Shown piece by piece: positions 39,071 to 52,016 of a DNA stretch of 64,000 nt. Numbering within the stretch: position 1 is the first letter of the stretch; each line of letters opens with the position of its first letter. The stretch lies in assembly GCF_009914755.1 (NCBI RefSeq), contig NC_060931.1, one strand, 5' to 3'. The position numbers and the translations under genes are program-made. The DNA comes from the human T2T-CHM13v2.0 reference genome, Homo sapiens. Under the pieces are notes generated by a model. The model saw only the letters and a program-made list of their open reading frames with translations. It did no database searches and was not told the origin of the DNA.

Positions 39071-41049
39071 AGAATCTGTTACAGAGATAAGAAAGCAAAT
39101 AAGGAGGGTAAAGAAACAAGTGCAGAGGCAAATAGCTTGTGAGACACGGGCAGAATTCATGAGATGTGCTAAGGATAGATAAGTAAGTTTGTAAACTCTG
39201 GGACACATATGACCAGATAAAATGTCATCTGAATGTGCCAAACATAGAAAAGAATAAAAAAAGCAAAACAAAAAAAAAAAAAGGAACAGAAAGAAAGCAG
39301 TTGGTACAAGTGAGACTGACCACATAGGCAAAGGGAGAGAACCTTTGGAGCAGGCTCCAACTGAAGGCAGAGTGGTAGACACAGGGAGGATGAGTCATGA
39401 TGAGAATCTCATTAAAGGAGTGGCACTCATCAACAGGGCCTACAGGCGGGAGGACACTTGGCTCTTAACACAGGACATTATTACAAAGCATTAGCCACTG
39501 TTTTTCTAGACCGAATAAGTAAAACAATTATCATCTGGGAGCCCTTGAATTATATTTACATAAAAAATAAAATCATCTCTTTGGTTGATTATATTAGGAA
39601 GCATTGGTCTAGGTAAATCGTTCCAGTTCACCGTGAGTCCATAGATTCATTCATTCCCACAATGAAAGGTATTCATAGTTCATTAAGGTCAACTCATTAC
39701 ATTTGTGGATGAAAATAATGAGCACTAAAGTTGTTAAGCAATTTTCCTCACTTGATCAGTTTCTCATGGTCTGTTCAAGCTCAAAGAAAAGGTTGCTGTA
39801 TAAACTAGACTGTCAATTTATAAATTTAAAATTCCATAATGAAAAATATTATTTCCACTGATTCTGGGGATGGGCTCTTCAGCCAGCACATTATTTTCCT
39901 GGAGTGGAGACGTGTAGGGAGACAATTGATAATTGGAGGTCATTTTGTAAGTTCGGGTGGTTCAGATGATTTGTTACATTAGCCTGGCTTAATCCGCTAT
40001 GAATACTTGAACAAAAGGAATTCTCCTGCATTAAATACTACTTATTTATTCATCTGTTTATCTATACCTCTATAGTACACCTTTTATATTATCTAATTAG
40101 ATCACAATGACATCCTCTTAACTATCTAAGAGGATGAATGTAAAATTTAAAAATTAGGCCCAAAAATTATAGAATAATGGAGAACTTGAGTTGAATAAGT
40201 GGATTGATTTTCCAGATGTGCCCCTGCTTTGACCTTTTGTGTGACCTTAAGATCTTTGGGATAAAATATTGACTACAAGGAAGATTTTATATTAAGAGCC
40301 TTATTCTTTTTCCTCTTCTCTTCTTTCTCCCTCTGATTTTCATGTCCTGCAGTTCACCCTAGCCAGTTAAATAAAGCCATCACCAATCCACAGAACTATC
40401 CTCTTCACTCCCATATTGAACAATGGGGTGTCACCTCCCCTGGGAAGGGGGACAGAGTTTGTTGGGATAGCCATAATAGATAATTATTTCGTTTACTTAT
40501 CCCTTCTAACTAAGCCTCAATGCTCCCACATAATTATATCACTATTCATCAGATTCACTCTTAATTGGCTGTGTACCTCTAAGCAATATTCACACTTCAT
40601 ATATCCTTACATCTTTATTCTTTGATCCTTTAAAAATCCATAGTATCTCTTGACTCTTCACTTCACAATATGATGATATTGGTATCCTCAAACTTTCCTT
40701 TGTTTCTTTTATTTCCTTCCATGCAATACATTTGTCATCTGCACTTTTACTTTCACATTGTCAAGGCTGATAATATTTACATTCTATTAAGTAGCATAAT
40801 CAAGTATTTTCATGCCTTGTCTATAAGTTGATTCTAAAAGTTGAAACAAATTGTGTTTACATTATTAGGACTTCATAAATAACTGTTCAGCACAAGGTCA
40901 TACAGATATAATTACAGTTACTCTCTTTTATAATTTGATTTTTTCCCCTGGAATAAAGTTCTGCTTTTCTTAAAACAGTTGACTTTATCATATCCTCAAT
41001 TTACTTTTTACGCTATCTACCAAGTAAAATATTCTGCCGTGGCAAAAAC

Positions 41050-41541
41050 CTGCTATTTGTCCCTCCAGTATCTGTTCTCCAATTTCTGCTCTAATAAACC
41101 AAAATTAAATTTAGCTTGGAGAGGGACATTCGGGATAAAAAAATGATAAAACTTTTTTTCAGATTTGCTTATATTCAGGTGCAGTCATTGACTTAGTTCT
41201 GATGAAGGAATGTAAGGTTCAGTGTTGTGTGCAACTTTCACTAAGAGTCCTAAAAAGAATCTTTTAGTACTGTGTGTCCATTCTTTTTCCCTTCCTCTAT
41301 TCCGCTTTCTGGTATCTTAGAGGGATAGCTTGCACTCAACCTTGGGCTACTATTAGTACTTCAAGGGGAGCAAAGCAGACCATTGTTCTGGGTCCTAGAT
41401 TTTGATGTAGCTGCTGCAGCTACTTGAAGTACTTACACTCAGGCTTTTATGTGAACGGAAAATAAACTTCCACCTTGCCAAAACTGCCCTGCAGCCTTCG
41501 TAATGGCTCAAGACTGCCTCACTCTGGGCTTCTTTCATGAG

Positions 41542-41572
<31 letters not shown>

Positions 41573-41660
41573 CAAAACAAAGAAAACTTTTTTAGGGGGA
41601 GGTTGTTTGAGCTACAGTTATTTAACATCTCTTCCTAGCAGAAAAATTATAACCTAACTG
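41050..41660 (+). mobile_element. Old ERVL-class LTR remnant (LTR33/LTR16-like) with an internal (AAAAC)n run
   Basis: GTGCAGTCATTGACTTAGTTCTGATGAAGGAATGTAAG and CTTTTATGTGAACGGAAAATAAACTTC motifs; family from recall. Confidence 0.5.
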
Positions 41661-43123
41661 ACATAAACTCAGAAAGAATATCATTGTTTTGAACAAGTGC
41701 TTGACTCATTTACTTCATAAAGCAATACATGGAGGATGTTCAGAGTTTATTCTGGGTCACAGATGTAGGAAACTAAGTAAGACACAAGGACAGCTGGAGT
41801 GAGTCTAGTGAAACATATTCCTAATCAAATGAATTTTAGACTGGACGTCAATGGAAAACTATGGCTTCATTTAACTGGCTAGGGTGGACTTCAGGACACA
41901 AAAATCAGAGGGAGAAAGAAGAAAGGAGGAAAAAAATAAGGCTTTTAATATAAAATTATCCATGTAGTCAATATTTTATCCCAAAGATCTTGAGGTCACA
42001 GAAAAGGTCAAAATGGAGGCACAGCTGAATCAATCCACTTATTCAACCCAAGTTCTCCATTTTCCTCCAATTTCTGGACCTAATTTTTTAATTTTACTTT
42101 CACCTTTCCATATCCAAGATTATCCCTTTACCCACAATATCACCCTACTTCTGCTCACTTTATTCTTTTCAAAGATCTGTCCTTCCTCCCTGCCAGCTTG
42201 AGATAAAAATCCTCAGAGCTCTTGAGTAGACCAGAAATCTGGCCTCTGTGTACCTTTGTCATATTCATATATAGACACAGTGGGAGTGGGGGGTGAGTAG
42301 AAAATCACTTAGCCACAGTGATGGTGTACAGGAAAGAGAGGACAGCAGTCTTATGGATAAATTGCTTACACGCAGATGCTCAGCTGAATCTGTAATGAAA
42401 AGGAAATCTGAATGCTTGGCCAAGGAGAAGTAAATTCCCTGAGGTCAATCCTTTGTTGTTCTCTTTGATCTTCAGTAATGGGTCAATCAGACCACCTGCC
42501 CCGAAGCTTAGATGCTGTCCACATGATTTGCTTGCTGTCACTGTGTCCTAGCCAGAGTCTTGGGATTTAGGTTACTCTCGCATTTAAGAGGCCTTTATTG
42601 GGAGAAAGGATAATAATACTTAACAATTATATTCTACTTATATGCCACTTCTGTGTATTTTTACATATATTATCTAATATAATCCTCCCAACCAACCTGA
42701 GATACAGGCAGGTGGTTCATTTTAAAAATAATTTATCATTTTAAAAATAAAATGTACTGTATATTTAGTTTATGATAGGCATGTATGAAGTATATGTTTA
42801 ATCTTTACAACAGCCCAAGACTTAGACCATGTTTTACAGTTGAGTCAACCAGGGCACCCAGTTAGTAAGTGCTACTGGTATATAAATAAATTGTTAATGA
42901 TTTTTTAAAATGCTAATGCCTACTGCTGATGGCCTGTGAGACAGTAGGGTGTGTATTTCTGTAGAGCAATTTGCTATACGTATATGAAGTCATAAAAAAG
43001 CAAATATTTTCTGACTTGGCAAATTTGCTTCAAAGAATTTGATCCAAGAAAATAATTAGACATCTAACACCTCAAGTACAAGAATATCCACTGCAGAGTT
43101 TTTTAATTGTGAAAAACAATACT

Positions 43124-43402
<279 letters not shown>

Positions 43403-43405
43403 AAA

Positions 43406-43453
<48 letters not shown>

Positions 43454-43457
43454 AGGA

Positions 43458-43505
<48 letters not shown>

Positions 43506-43539
43506 GAAAGAAAGAGAGAGAGAAGAAGGAAGGAAGGAA

Positions 43540-43581
<42 letters not shown>

Positions 43582-43594
43582 GAAAGAAAGAAAA
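43403..43594. repeat. Complex (AAAG)n/(AAGG)n tetranucleotide STR, about 190 bp
   Basis: pure-purine tandem array derived from the Alu tail. Confidence 0.97.
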
Positions 43595-43922
43595 TACTGA
43601 AATAACTTAAATATTCAATCAGAGGAAATGAGTAGGTAAATTATAGTAAATTATAAAATGGAATATCTTTTATATTTCAAAACTTACTTTAGAATATTAT
43701 TTAATGATATGCAAAATAGTTTTATTGGCATGAAACATCATATTACGCTAAGTGAAAAATTTAAGTTCAAAGTCATAGATTGAGAAAAACTCATTTATCT
43801 CCCCTCACTCCAAAATAAAAGCAATAAAGTATAGAAATATGTTATAGGAAAAAGTATAAAAGAGAAGAAAAGAACATAATTGTCAAATACTGGATGGAGA
43901 ATATTAACAAAATAAGATTTTA

Positions 43923-44193
<271 letters not shown>

Positions 44194-44744
44194 TTATGAG
44201 TTTCTCAAAGACCGGAGATGGATATGGCCAAGGTGATTTAATGTAAATCAGAGCGAAAAGAGACTAGCTCAATAGAGGTAGAAGAGAAAGCAGCAGGTGA
44301 GGCAGGGTCATTTTTATAGCATTCTATAAGCCCTTAGAGATGTAGTCAAAGCATGAGAAAGTGCTTAAAGTAAGACAACTGATTGAAGAACTGTATGTCC
44401 AATGGCTGCTGAGTCACACATCGCACACATGAGTATGTGTAAGGAAAGTGCCTATAAAGTGAAGCTGAATGAACTATCAGCCTAGGATGGGCAATGGCTT
44501 TCAGAGTACAGGCTGCCAGCTTGCTTATCTTAGAGTACAGCCTGCCTGTCCACATACCACACCCACAAACAGAAATCTTGCAGTCTTTGTATGCAGGGAA
44601 AAGGAAACTACTATCAGAAGAAATGTTAGTCAGTTACAGGTAATAATCAACATTTCTAAATTCATAATCATCTCAGACAACTGAGTATCAGCAGACATTT
44701 GATTAAAAAGAAAAGCAAAAGGCTCTGGCAAAGACAATTCTATA

Positions 44745-45140
44745 GATTTATCAAGCCATTTTATCATCCTCTGGGGAGTACAGAAAAACTACATTTCCCA
44801 GTATCCTTACATCTAGATTGGGCCTGATGACCAATTCTAAACAGGGGAATGCAGTAGAAACATAAGCCACCCAGGTTTGGCCAGAAACACAAAATCTCCT
44901 ACATGTGATACTCCTCTCTCACTTTTTGCAGCAATAATGGGAATCCTAGAGTAGTGGTGCTCTGCATCTCTGAGTCATCCCTTATAGGAAAGTTGCCCCG
45001 GAGAACTCTCTGACCAGGATGATACGCATTGGCCTTTATGTGAGGTGAAAGCAAAACAAGAAAACTTACATTGGATTAAGGCACTAAGAATTTTGAGATT
45101 ATTTGTAATAGCAGGTAGCATTAATTATTCTTACTAATAT
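44745..45140 (+). mobile_element. Old ERVL-class LTR remnant (LTR16-like)
   Basis: ACTACATTTCCCAG...TGACCAATTCT...GGAATG and terminal TTATTTGTAATAGCAG...CTTACTAATA motifs; family from recall. Confidence 0.5.
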
Positions 45141-45270
45141 AGCAAAATAAAAGAGAAACACCAAGATAATTAAACAGAATATTGACCCCAGAGGAAACAT
45201 ATATAATTTTAGGAAAAGACAAAAACTTTAATTGAATTATAAGTCTAATTTTTCTTTTTTAAAATTTTGA

Positions 45271-45574
45271 GGCTGGGTGAAGTGGCTCACACCTATAATC
45301 TCAGCACTTTGGGAGGCGGAGTCAGGCGGATCACCTAAGGTCAGGAGTTTAAAATCAGCCTGATCAACATGGTGAAACCCCATCTCTACTAAATACAAAA
45401 AAAAAAAAAAAATTAGCCAGGCTTGGTGGCGCATGCCTGCAATCCCAGCTACTTGGGAGGCTGAGGTAGGAGAATTACTGGAACCCAGGAGTTGGAGGTT
45501 GCCATGAACTGAGGTCGTGCCACTGCACTCCAGCCTGGGCAACAGAGCAAAATTCCAACTCAAAAAAAAAAAAA
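45271..45574 (+). mobile_element. AluS element
   Basis: full dimer with A-tail. Confidence 0.95.
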
Positions 45575-46339
45575 TTGAGAAAACGTTATATTTATTTATT
45601 TAAAAAAAGAGTAAAATGAAAAAGAAAAAGAATAAGGGACAGTTGACATAAGTTAAAAATTATTGCTTAAATGATAATTTCAGGAGAAAAGCTATTAATA
45701 GAAAACATATAAATCACAAACAAAAAAAAAGGATGAAAAGCAGTCAGGGGAAAGGTAAGCACAGTAGATAAATATTTTTTACATATTCTTATACAACTTC
45801 AGAATAGAAATGATAAAAAGAAAACCCTAAAAACTGCAGAAAAAATAAATAAAACAAATTATCATGGGCAGAATTGAATCAGATTGGCAGCTGACTTCAT
45901 ACCAGCAACATTAAGTACTAGAAGTAAATGAAGTCAGGACTTCAGTCAGACTATAAAAGAAAATGTTTTACATCTCAAATACTATAACTAACCAAAATAT
46001 TAATAAAGCATTAAGATAGAATAAAGTCATTTAATACAGACAGAGATGAAAGTTTTTCTATAAAGTGTATTAAAATATGAATTCCAGCACACACAAAAAA
46101 TGTAGTCCTAAGGGAAAAAAAGCTGAAGATAAGAAATCAAAGTACAGTGAAACAAACTCCAAAATTCAGTAAAATTAAATCTCAGGATGGCCAGGATGTT
46201 GGTTCTGTGGTAAAACCAGGGAATAAGAAGTTCATATTAGAACAAGAAGTAAGAGCATTCTGCTAGAATATCTTAAGGAAGAAAATAAAATTTTTTAGGA
46301 AGAAATAGCATGCTAAGGAGGATGAATGATCTTAGTGAG

Positions 46340-47540
46340 AAAGTGAATGGATGCTCCATCCCGGGACTTTCTCCATGAGCCCATGTGCAAGGCCGCTCCA
46401 AAGACATCAATGGAAGTGCTACATGGGCTCAGTTACATGGACTTCCTTTGCAAGGCTAATAGGAGGTTATCAGCACCAGCAAAAGGAGATACTAAAGTTT
46501 AGTCCCCATCATAGCACCATTCCTCAGGTGTTTAAGGAGATCTCCCAGAAGCCTGATTACTTTGAATCCCTTCTATCTATCTATCATTAGGGAGACATAA
46601 CTTAATTTCACAGGAGTATGTACATATTCTCAAGAAGAATTTTCCTTCCTTACCCACAATGTTTCTGTCAGCACCATCATTCTTGGACTTATTGAATGAC
46701 TTATTCATCATTTTGACATCATCTCTGACCAAAGAACATATTTTATGGTGTTGTAAGTGTAGACGTAGACTTACGCACATAGAATTATCTGGTTTTATCA
46801 TGTGCCACACCACCTAGAAGCAGCTTGATTGGTAGAAAGACAGAATGGCCTGCCAATGGGTCAGTGAGGAGACCACCCTCTGAGAGGTTGGGGCACTGTT
46901 CTATAGTAGTGTTATATGCCCTAACCTAGTGGACAATATATTGCTTTATCGCTCATTGCCAGAACACTCAGGCCCAGGAAACAAAGAGTGGAGATAGGGA
47001 TAGATTCTTCCTATCACACCTTAAGTGGACCACTTAAGGAATTTTGCTTCCTTTCCCATACCTTGTACTAATTTCTATCCAAGGGAGAAATTTTTCCTCT
47101 AAGAAATAAAGTCATTGTTCTATTAAATGGGAAGCTGAGATTGCCTTCTGGCATTTGGAGCTCCTCATGCTACTAAAATAACAGGCAGCAAAGGTGGTCA
47201 CTGGCTTGAATGGATGATCCCCATGACCATTCATGGGAAATTCAGTGGCTGTTCCATAATAGTGACAAGCAGAACAATGCCTGGAACCCAGAGAATTCCC
47301 TGGGGTGCCTTTTAGCATCCCTTGTCCAATATATCTAGATAGGAAACACAGCAGCAACTCAATGAAGCCAGGATCCCAAGGACCAAGGACTCAGATCCTC
47401 TGGGAATGAAGATATGACTCACCCTACTAGAAAAGAACTTTGGCCTGCTAAGGTGCTGGTGGAGGACACAGGGCATAGAAGGTGGAATAAGGTCGTTTTG
47501 ATTATTAATTTAGTACTCATGATCAGCTACAGAAGCAGGG
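46340..47540 (+). mobile_element. Degraded ERVL/MaLR-class internal (pol/integrase) remnant
   Basis: 46799-46852 translates HVPHHLEAA*LVERQNGL, resembling the ERV-L integrase catalytic-Glu motif (HHPEAAGLIERWNGLLK). Confidence 0.7.
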
Positions 47541-49027
47541 ACTGGGGCAGCCATGTTTTGTGTCATTTCAAGGACTGGGGCGGCCATGTTTTGTGTCATT
47601 TAATGCTTTCTTTTCCTCCCCTCCTTACAAGGCACACATTATGGGACGAGTCCTGGAATAGTGGCTAAAGCTTTAGGTTTCAGGAGGATCCAACTCAAGC
47701 CTCTGTTCAATCTCCTGGCTTCTTAAGGCAACTCAGACATCTGCTTTCCTTGATCCCTATACTCCTGAATCCACATTTACAGTTTCTGTTTCCTCCATAC
47801 ATCAGTTTGCACATAGGGTATATTCGTGAGGGTAACATTAGCTGCTGTAATAAGCGAACTCCAAGCTACATAGTGGCACGATCATGATGGAAGTTTATTT
47901 CTTGCTCATGTAGAGTGCTAAATGGTTGTTCCTGGTTGACGGGAGTTGCCTCTCCAAGGAGTAATTCATAGACTAAGGAGTTGTAATGGTTGTTCCCATC
48001 TGTCATTTTAAAAATGTAACTTCTGAGATCCTTCTGCTCATCTGTATCAAGTGAGTAAAAAGAAAAGAAAACAAAGATAAAGCACACCTGTCTATTGAGC
48101 TGTTTGGTCTGGAAGTGACACAGGTTATCTATGACTGCAAACACCAGGGAGAACTAGTCACCTGCACCCCTGGAGATCTCTCTCTCTCTCTCTCTTTTTC
48201 TCCTCCCTCATCTTCCAGCTTTACTGCGTCTTTTGTACTGCCCCAGATCCTCCTTCCTCTATCTCAGAGCCCATATGAAAACTTCCAAGTGGCCCTCCAG
48301 GCAAAGCCATATTGTGATTTTGCTATCTTAGGAAAAATGAACAGAGGTACATGATTATGACTGATTATGACTAATTATGGCAGATCATGACCATTATCCA
48401 AACAAAGATAACCCAGGGTTATCTGAACCTTTTCCTTAAAAATGCATGCCTGTCTGTACTGATAAAAAAAAAGTGAGCCTTACCCACCAATACTTTGTTC
48501 AGGAATCTTGTTTGCTTATACTTTTGCTTCCTTAATTGATTACAAGGAAAGTTGCCTTTTAATATCTCAAGGCAAAAGTAATTGCTAATGGATTTTCCTT
48601 CAAGACACCTGAGGAAGCACACCTCAGGGTTCTACTTCAGAAAGAGTGACATTAATGACCATAATACACCCTCTTCGTTGGTAGAATAAGAGCCTGCAGA
48701 AACCCAGCTTAAGGCCACCAATGACTCTCCTGTTGTCAGCACTCACTCTGTCCCCACCAGAATTACTGATGAAGCACGGAGACCTGAAGTAGCATAGCTG
48801 ATAGCTGGATCTCCTTTGATCAGTAAATTTTATTGAGAAAAAAGAGTGATCCCCTTTGACTGCCCTCACTTTTTTGATATAATGAAATACACATCTAATT
48901 GCTATTTAAAAAATAATTAAACACAAAACCTTAAAATAATTAAACACAAAACCTTAAAGACTCACCCCATTATTACATAAAGCAATTCAGCTCTGCCTAA
49001 GCAATTATACCCACATTTATATATGCA

Positions 49028-49030
<3 letters not shown>

Positions 49031-49068
<38 letters not shown>
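49031..49068. repeat. (CA)19 microsatellite
   Basis: directly visible. Confidence 0.95.
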
Positions 49069-49070
<2 letters not shown>

Positions 49071-50909
49071 GGTGAGTCAACCTAATGTAGTCCCTGGATT
49101 TAAAGGGCAATTTCAGAGCACTTTGCAGTACTTAAGCATGCACACTGGAATCTCCCTTGCCCCAAATGTTTTACCAACACATTTCCTCCAAATAAAACAA
49201 AATGAAATAAAACAACACTCCCCAAGGAGAACTTTCAAACCAGCTGCTAAGAGGAAAAAACCAACAACGTTCTTTATCACTTTACACAAACTTCTACTTA
49301 GAATCTTGAATGTCTCACAAACTAGCTTGTCTCTCTGCCAACTAGTTTCTTAGCAGCCTTTTTATTATTATTATTATTCAGTGGCATTTAGCAGACGGAA
49401 AAACCCTAGATCACAGAGAAAGGCTCAAATTATAATCATACACAAACTTATCTGAGTTCCAACAAAAAGTCTTAAAGGCCCTAGTCACTTATTTATAAAC
49501 ACATGAAATTATTTGTTTCCATTTGGAAAAATAGACTGACATAACTGGAGAACACACTTATTACTCATAAAGCAGACGAAGCAAAAGTAGACATTTGACA
49601 TATAATAAAACAACTTCAATATAATTAATGTAAATTACAGAAAGTTCCCATTTTTAGGAGTGTTGGATCCACCATCCTTACCACCACCACCACCATTACC
49701 ACTACCACTAACATTAAAAAAAGAAAAAGGTGTTTAACTGGAAGCAGAATTGTTTTATAAAAATGCTTACAGAATAAAATTTTGTCAATATACTTCTGAG
49801 TGTTCAGAGTTTAAAGCATTCACCAAGGAAGCTATTCTAGAATCTCAAATTGTCTAGTTTTAAATAAGAAAAGAAAACTAAAAATAGAAGCAGACCTCAT
49901 CCTTTTTTTCTTGTTGACCTCTTAGAACCGTCAGTTGCATACAAAGTTATTTCTAATTATAAGATATAAAAGTTCATAATACTTCCCACTCACTTGGCTT
50001 ATTTGAAGTCTATTACAAGATATGTATAGATTCTCGTAGGAAACTTTGTTAACTTACCATCGCTATTAGTCTTCAGAATGAATTACATAAAATCAGAATG
50101 CATTGCTATGCCCCTTTGTAATCAGCTGCTTTGCTCAATTGCTACCAAATTCAAATTAAAGCAAATGATGGCTTTTGGAGACGATTAGGAATAATTATCC
50201 TTTCTACAATCCATAATTTGATCGTGGATAATTATGTGATGTAACAATAGAATAATTAGACTTATTTCTCTATCTGTGTTTGTGTGTGGCCTAGTCATGC
50301 CACATTTGCCAAATTATATTTTTAAATGACCTATTAAAATTATTCATCTCTATAAATGTAACTGCTAGAAAAGATTTAGATAATTGCAATGGATGTGTTA
50401 CTCAAGATTGTATTTTATTTTCCTTTCTTATTACTAAAAATATGAATTTCAGTAAAAATGTTTTATACTGAATTATTTCAATGGGCTAGATACTATTAGT
50501 AGATAAGTAAGCAAATCTGACTTGGAAATCATTATGGAACATCAGTCCTGGGGAGGAGAAAGACAATCGTCAAAAACCACACAAATAAATACAGATTTAC
50601 AATTGGAAACATGATGAAAGAAAAAACAGTCTTCTGTGAGTGAGTGTGATTGAAACAGCAACCTGTGAACTAAGATTTTTTTATTGTGGTAAAATATACA
50701 TGACTTCATATTTATCATTTTAACCACAATTCACTGCCATTAAATATATTCACAATGTTGTACAACCATTGCCACCGTCTACACCCAAAATGTTTTCAGC
50801 ATCCTCAACAAAAATTCTCTACAGATAAAACCATAACTCCTCCTTCTGCCCCTGGTATCTTCTATCTATTTTCTGTCGCTACAGATTTGCCTACTCTTGC
50901 TACCTGATC

Positions 50910-51284
50910 ACTACAGTCTGAATGTTTGGGTCCCCTGAAGTTTTGTATGTTGAAATTCTAGCCCCCAAGCGGATGCTAATAGGAGGTAGGGCCTTTGGGA
51001 GGTAATTAGGTCATGTAGTCAGCGACTTCATAAATTAGACTAATGGCCTTATAAAAGAGGCCCAAGAAAGACCTCTTACCCTTCTGCCACGTGAGGATGC
51101 AGCAAAAAGATGACCATCTGTGAACCAGGAAGCGAGCCCTTATCAGACACTGAAGCTGTTGGTGTCTTCATCTTAGACTTCCCGTCCTCCAGAACTGTGA
51201 GAAATAAATTTTTGTTGTTAATAAATTTCTGTTGTTAATACCAGTTTATGGTATTTTGTTCTAGGAGCCTAAACAGACTAAGAC
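50910..51284 (+). mobile_element. MaLR LTR (MLT1A-like)
   Basis: TCTGAATGTTTGGGTCCCC...GGGCCTTTGGGAGGTAATTAGGTCATG...CAGAACTGTGAGAAATAAATT...AACAGACTAAGACA. Confidence 0.82.
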
Positions 51285-51374
51285 ACTGATACAACTGGAA
51301 TCACACAGTATTTGTCCTTCTGTCTCTGACTTATTTCACTAAGTATGTTTTCAAGATCCATCCATCTTGTAGCA

Positions 51375-51769
51375 TGATATAGTTTGGATGCTTTTTCCCC
51401 TCCAAATCTCATTTGGAAATGTAATCCTTCAATGCTGGAGGTGGGCCTAGTGGGGAGTGTTTGGGTCATGGAGGCAAATCTCTCATGAATGGCTTCATGC
51501 TGTCCTTGCAGTAATGAGTGAGTTCTCAGTCTGTCAGTTCATGCGAGATCTGGTTGTTGAAAAAACCTGGCATTTCCTCCCATTCTCTCTGCTGGCTCCT
51601 ATTCATCTTCCACCATGACTGGAAGCTTCTTGTGGCCCTCACCAGAAGCAGATGTGGACACTATGCTTCACGTACAGCCTGCAGAGCTGTGAGCCAAATA
51701 AACCTCTTTTCTTTATAAATTACCCAGCCTCAGGTATTCCTTTATAGTGACACAGAACAGACTAATACA
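51375..51769 (+). mobile_element. MaLR LTR (MSTA/MSTB-like)
   Basis: TGATATAGTTTGGATG...CCAAATCTCAT start; AAACCTCTTTTCTTTATAAATTACCCAGCCTCAGGTATTCCTTTATAG...ACTAATACA end. Confidence 0.85.
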
Positions 51770-51777
51770 GAACACAT

Positions 51778-52016
51778 ACCATTCTGGCTAACACGGTGAA
51801 ACCCCGTCCCTACTAAAAATACAAAAATAAAATTAGCTGGGCTTGGTGGCGGGCTCTTATAGTCCCAGCTACTCGGGAGGCTGTGGCCAGAGAATGGCAT
51901 GAACCCGGGAGGCGGAGCTTGCAGTGAGCTGAGATCATGCCACCTGCGCTCCAGTCTGGGTGACAGAGCGAGACTCCATCTCAAAAATAAATAAATAAAC
52001 ATAAATAAATAAATAA
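51778..52016 (+). mobile_element. 5'-truncated AluY-like element
   Basis: CTGGCTAACACGGTGAAACCCCGTC, GAATGGCATGAACCCGGGAGGCGGAGCTTGCAG, (TAAA)n tail. Confidence 0.92.

Noticed and set aside
48820-50400. AT-rich unique sequence resembling an antisense 3'UTR retrocopy (AATAAA on - strand near 48830)
   Set aside because: No poly-A remnant, target-site duplication or coding homology visible; cannot be supported without a BLAST search.
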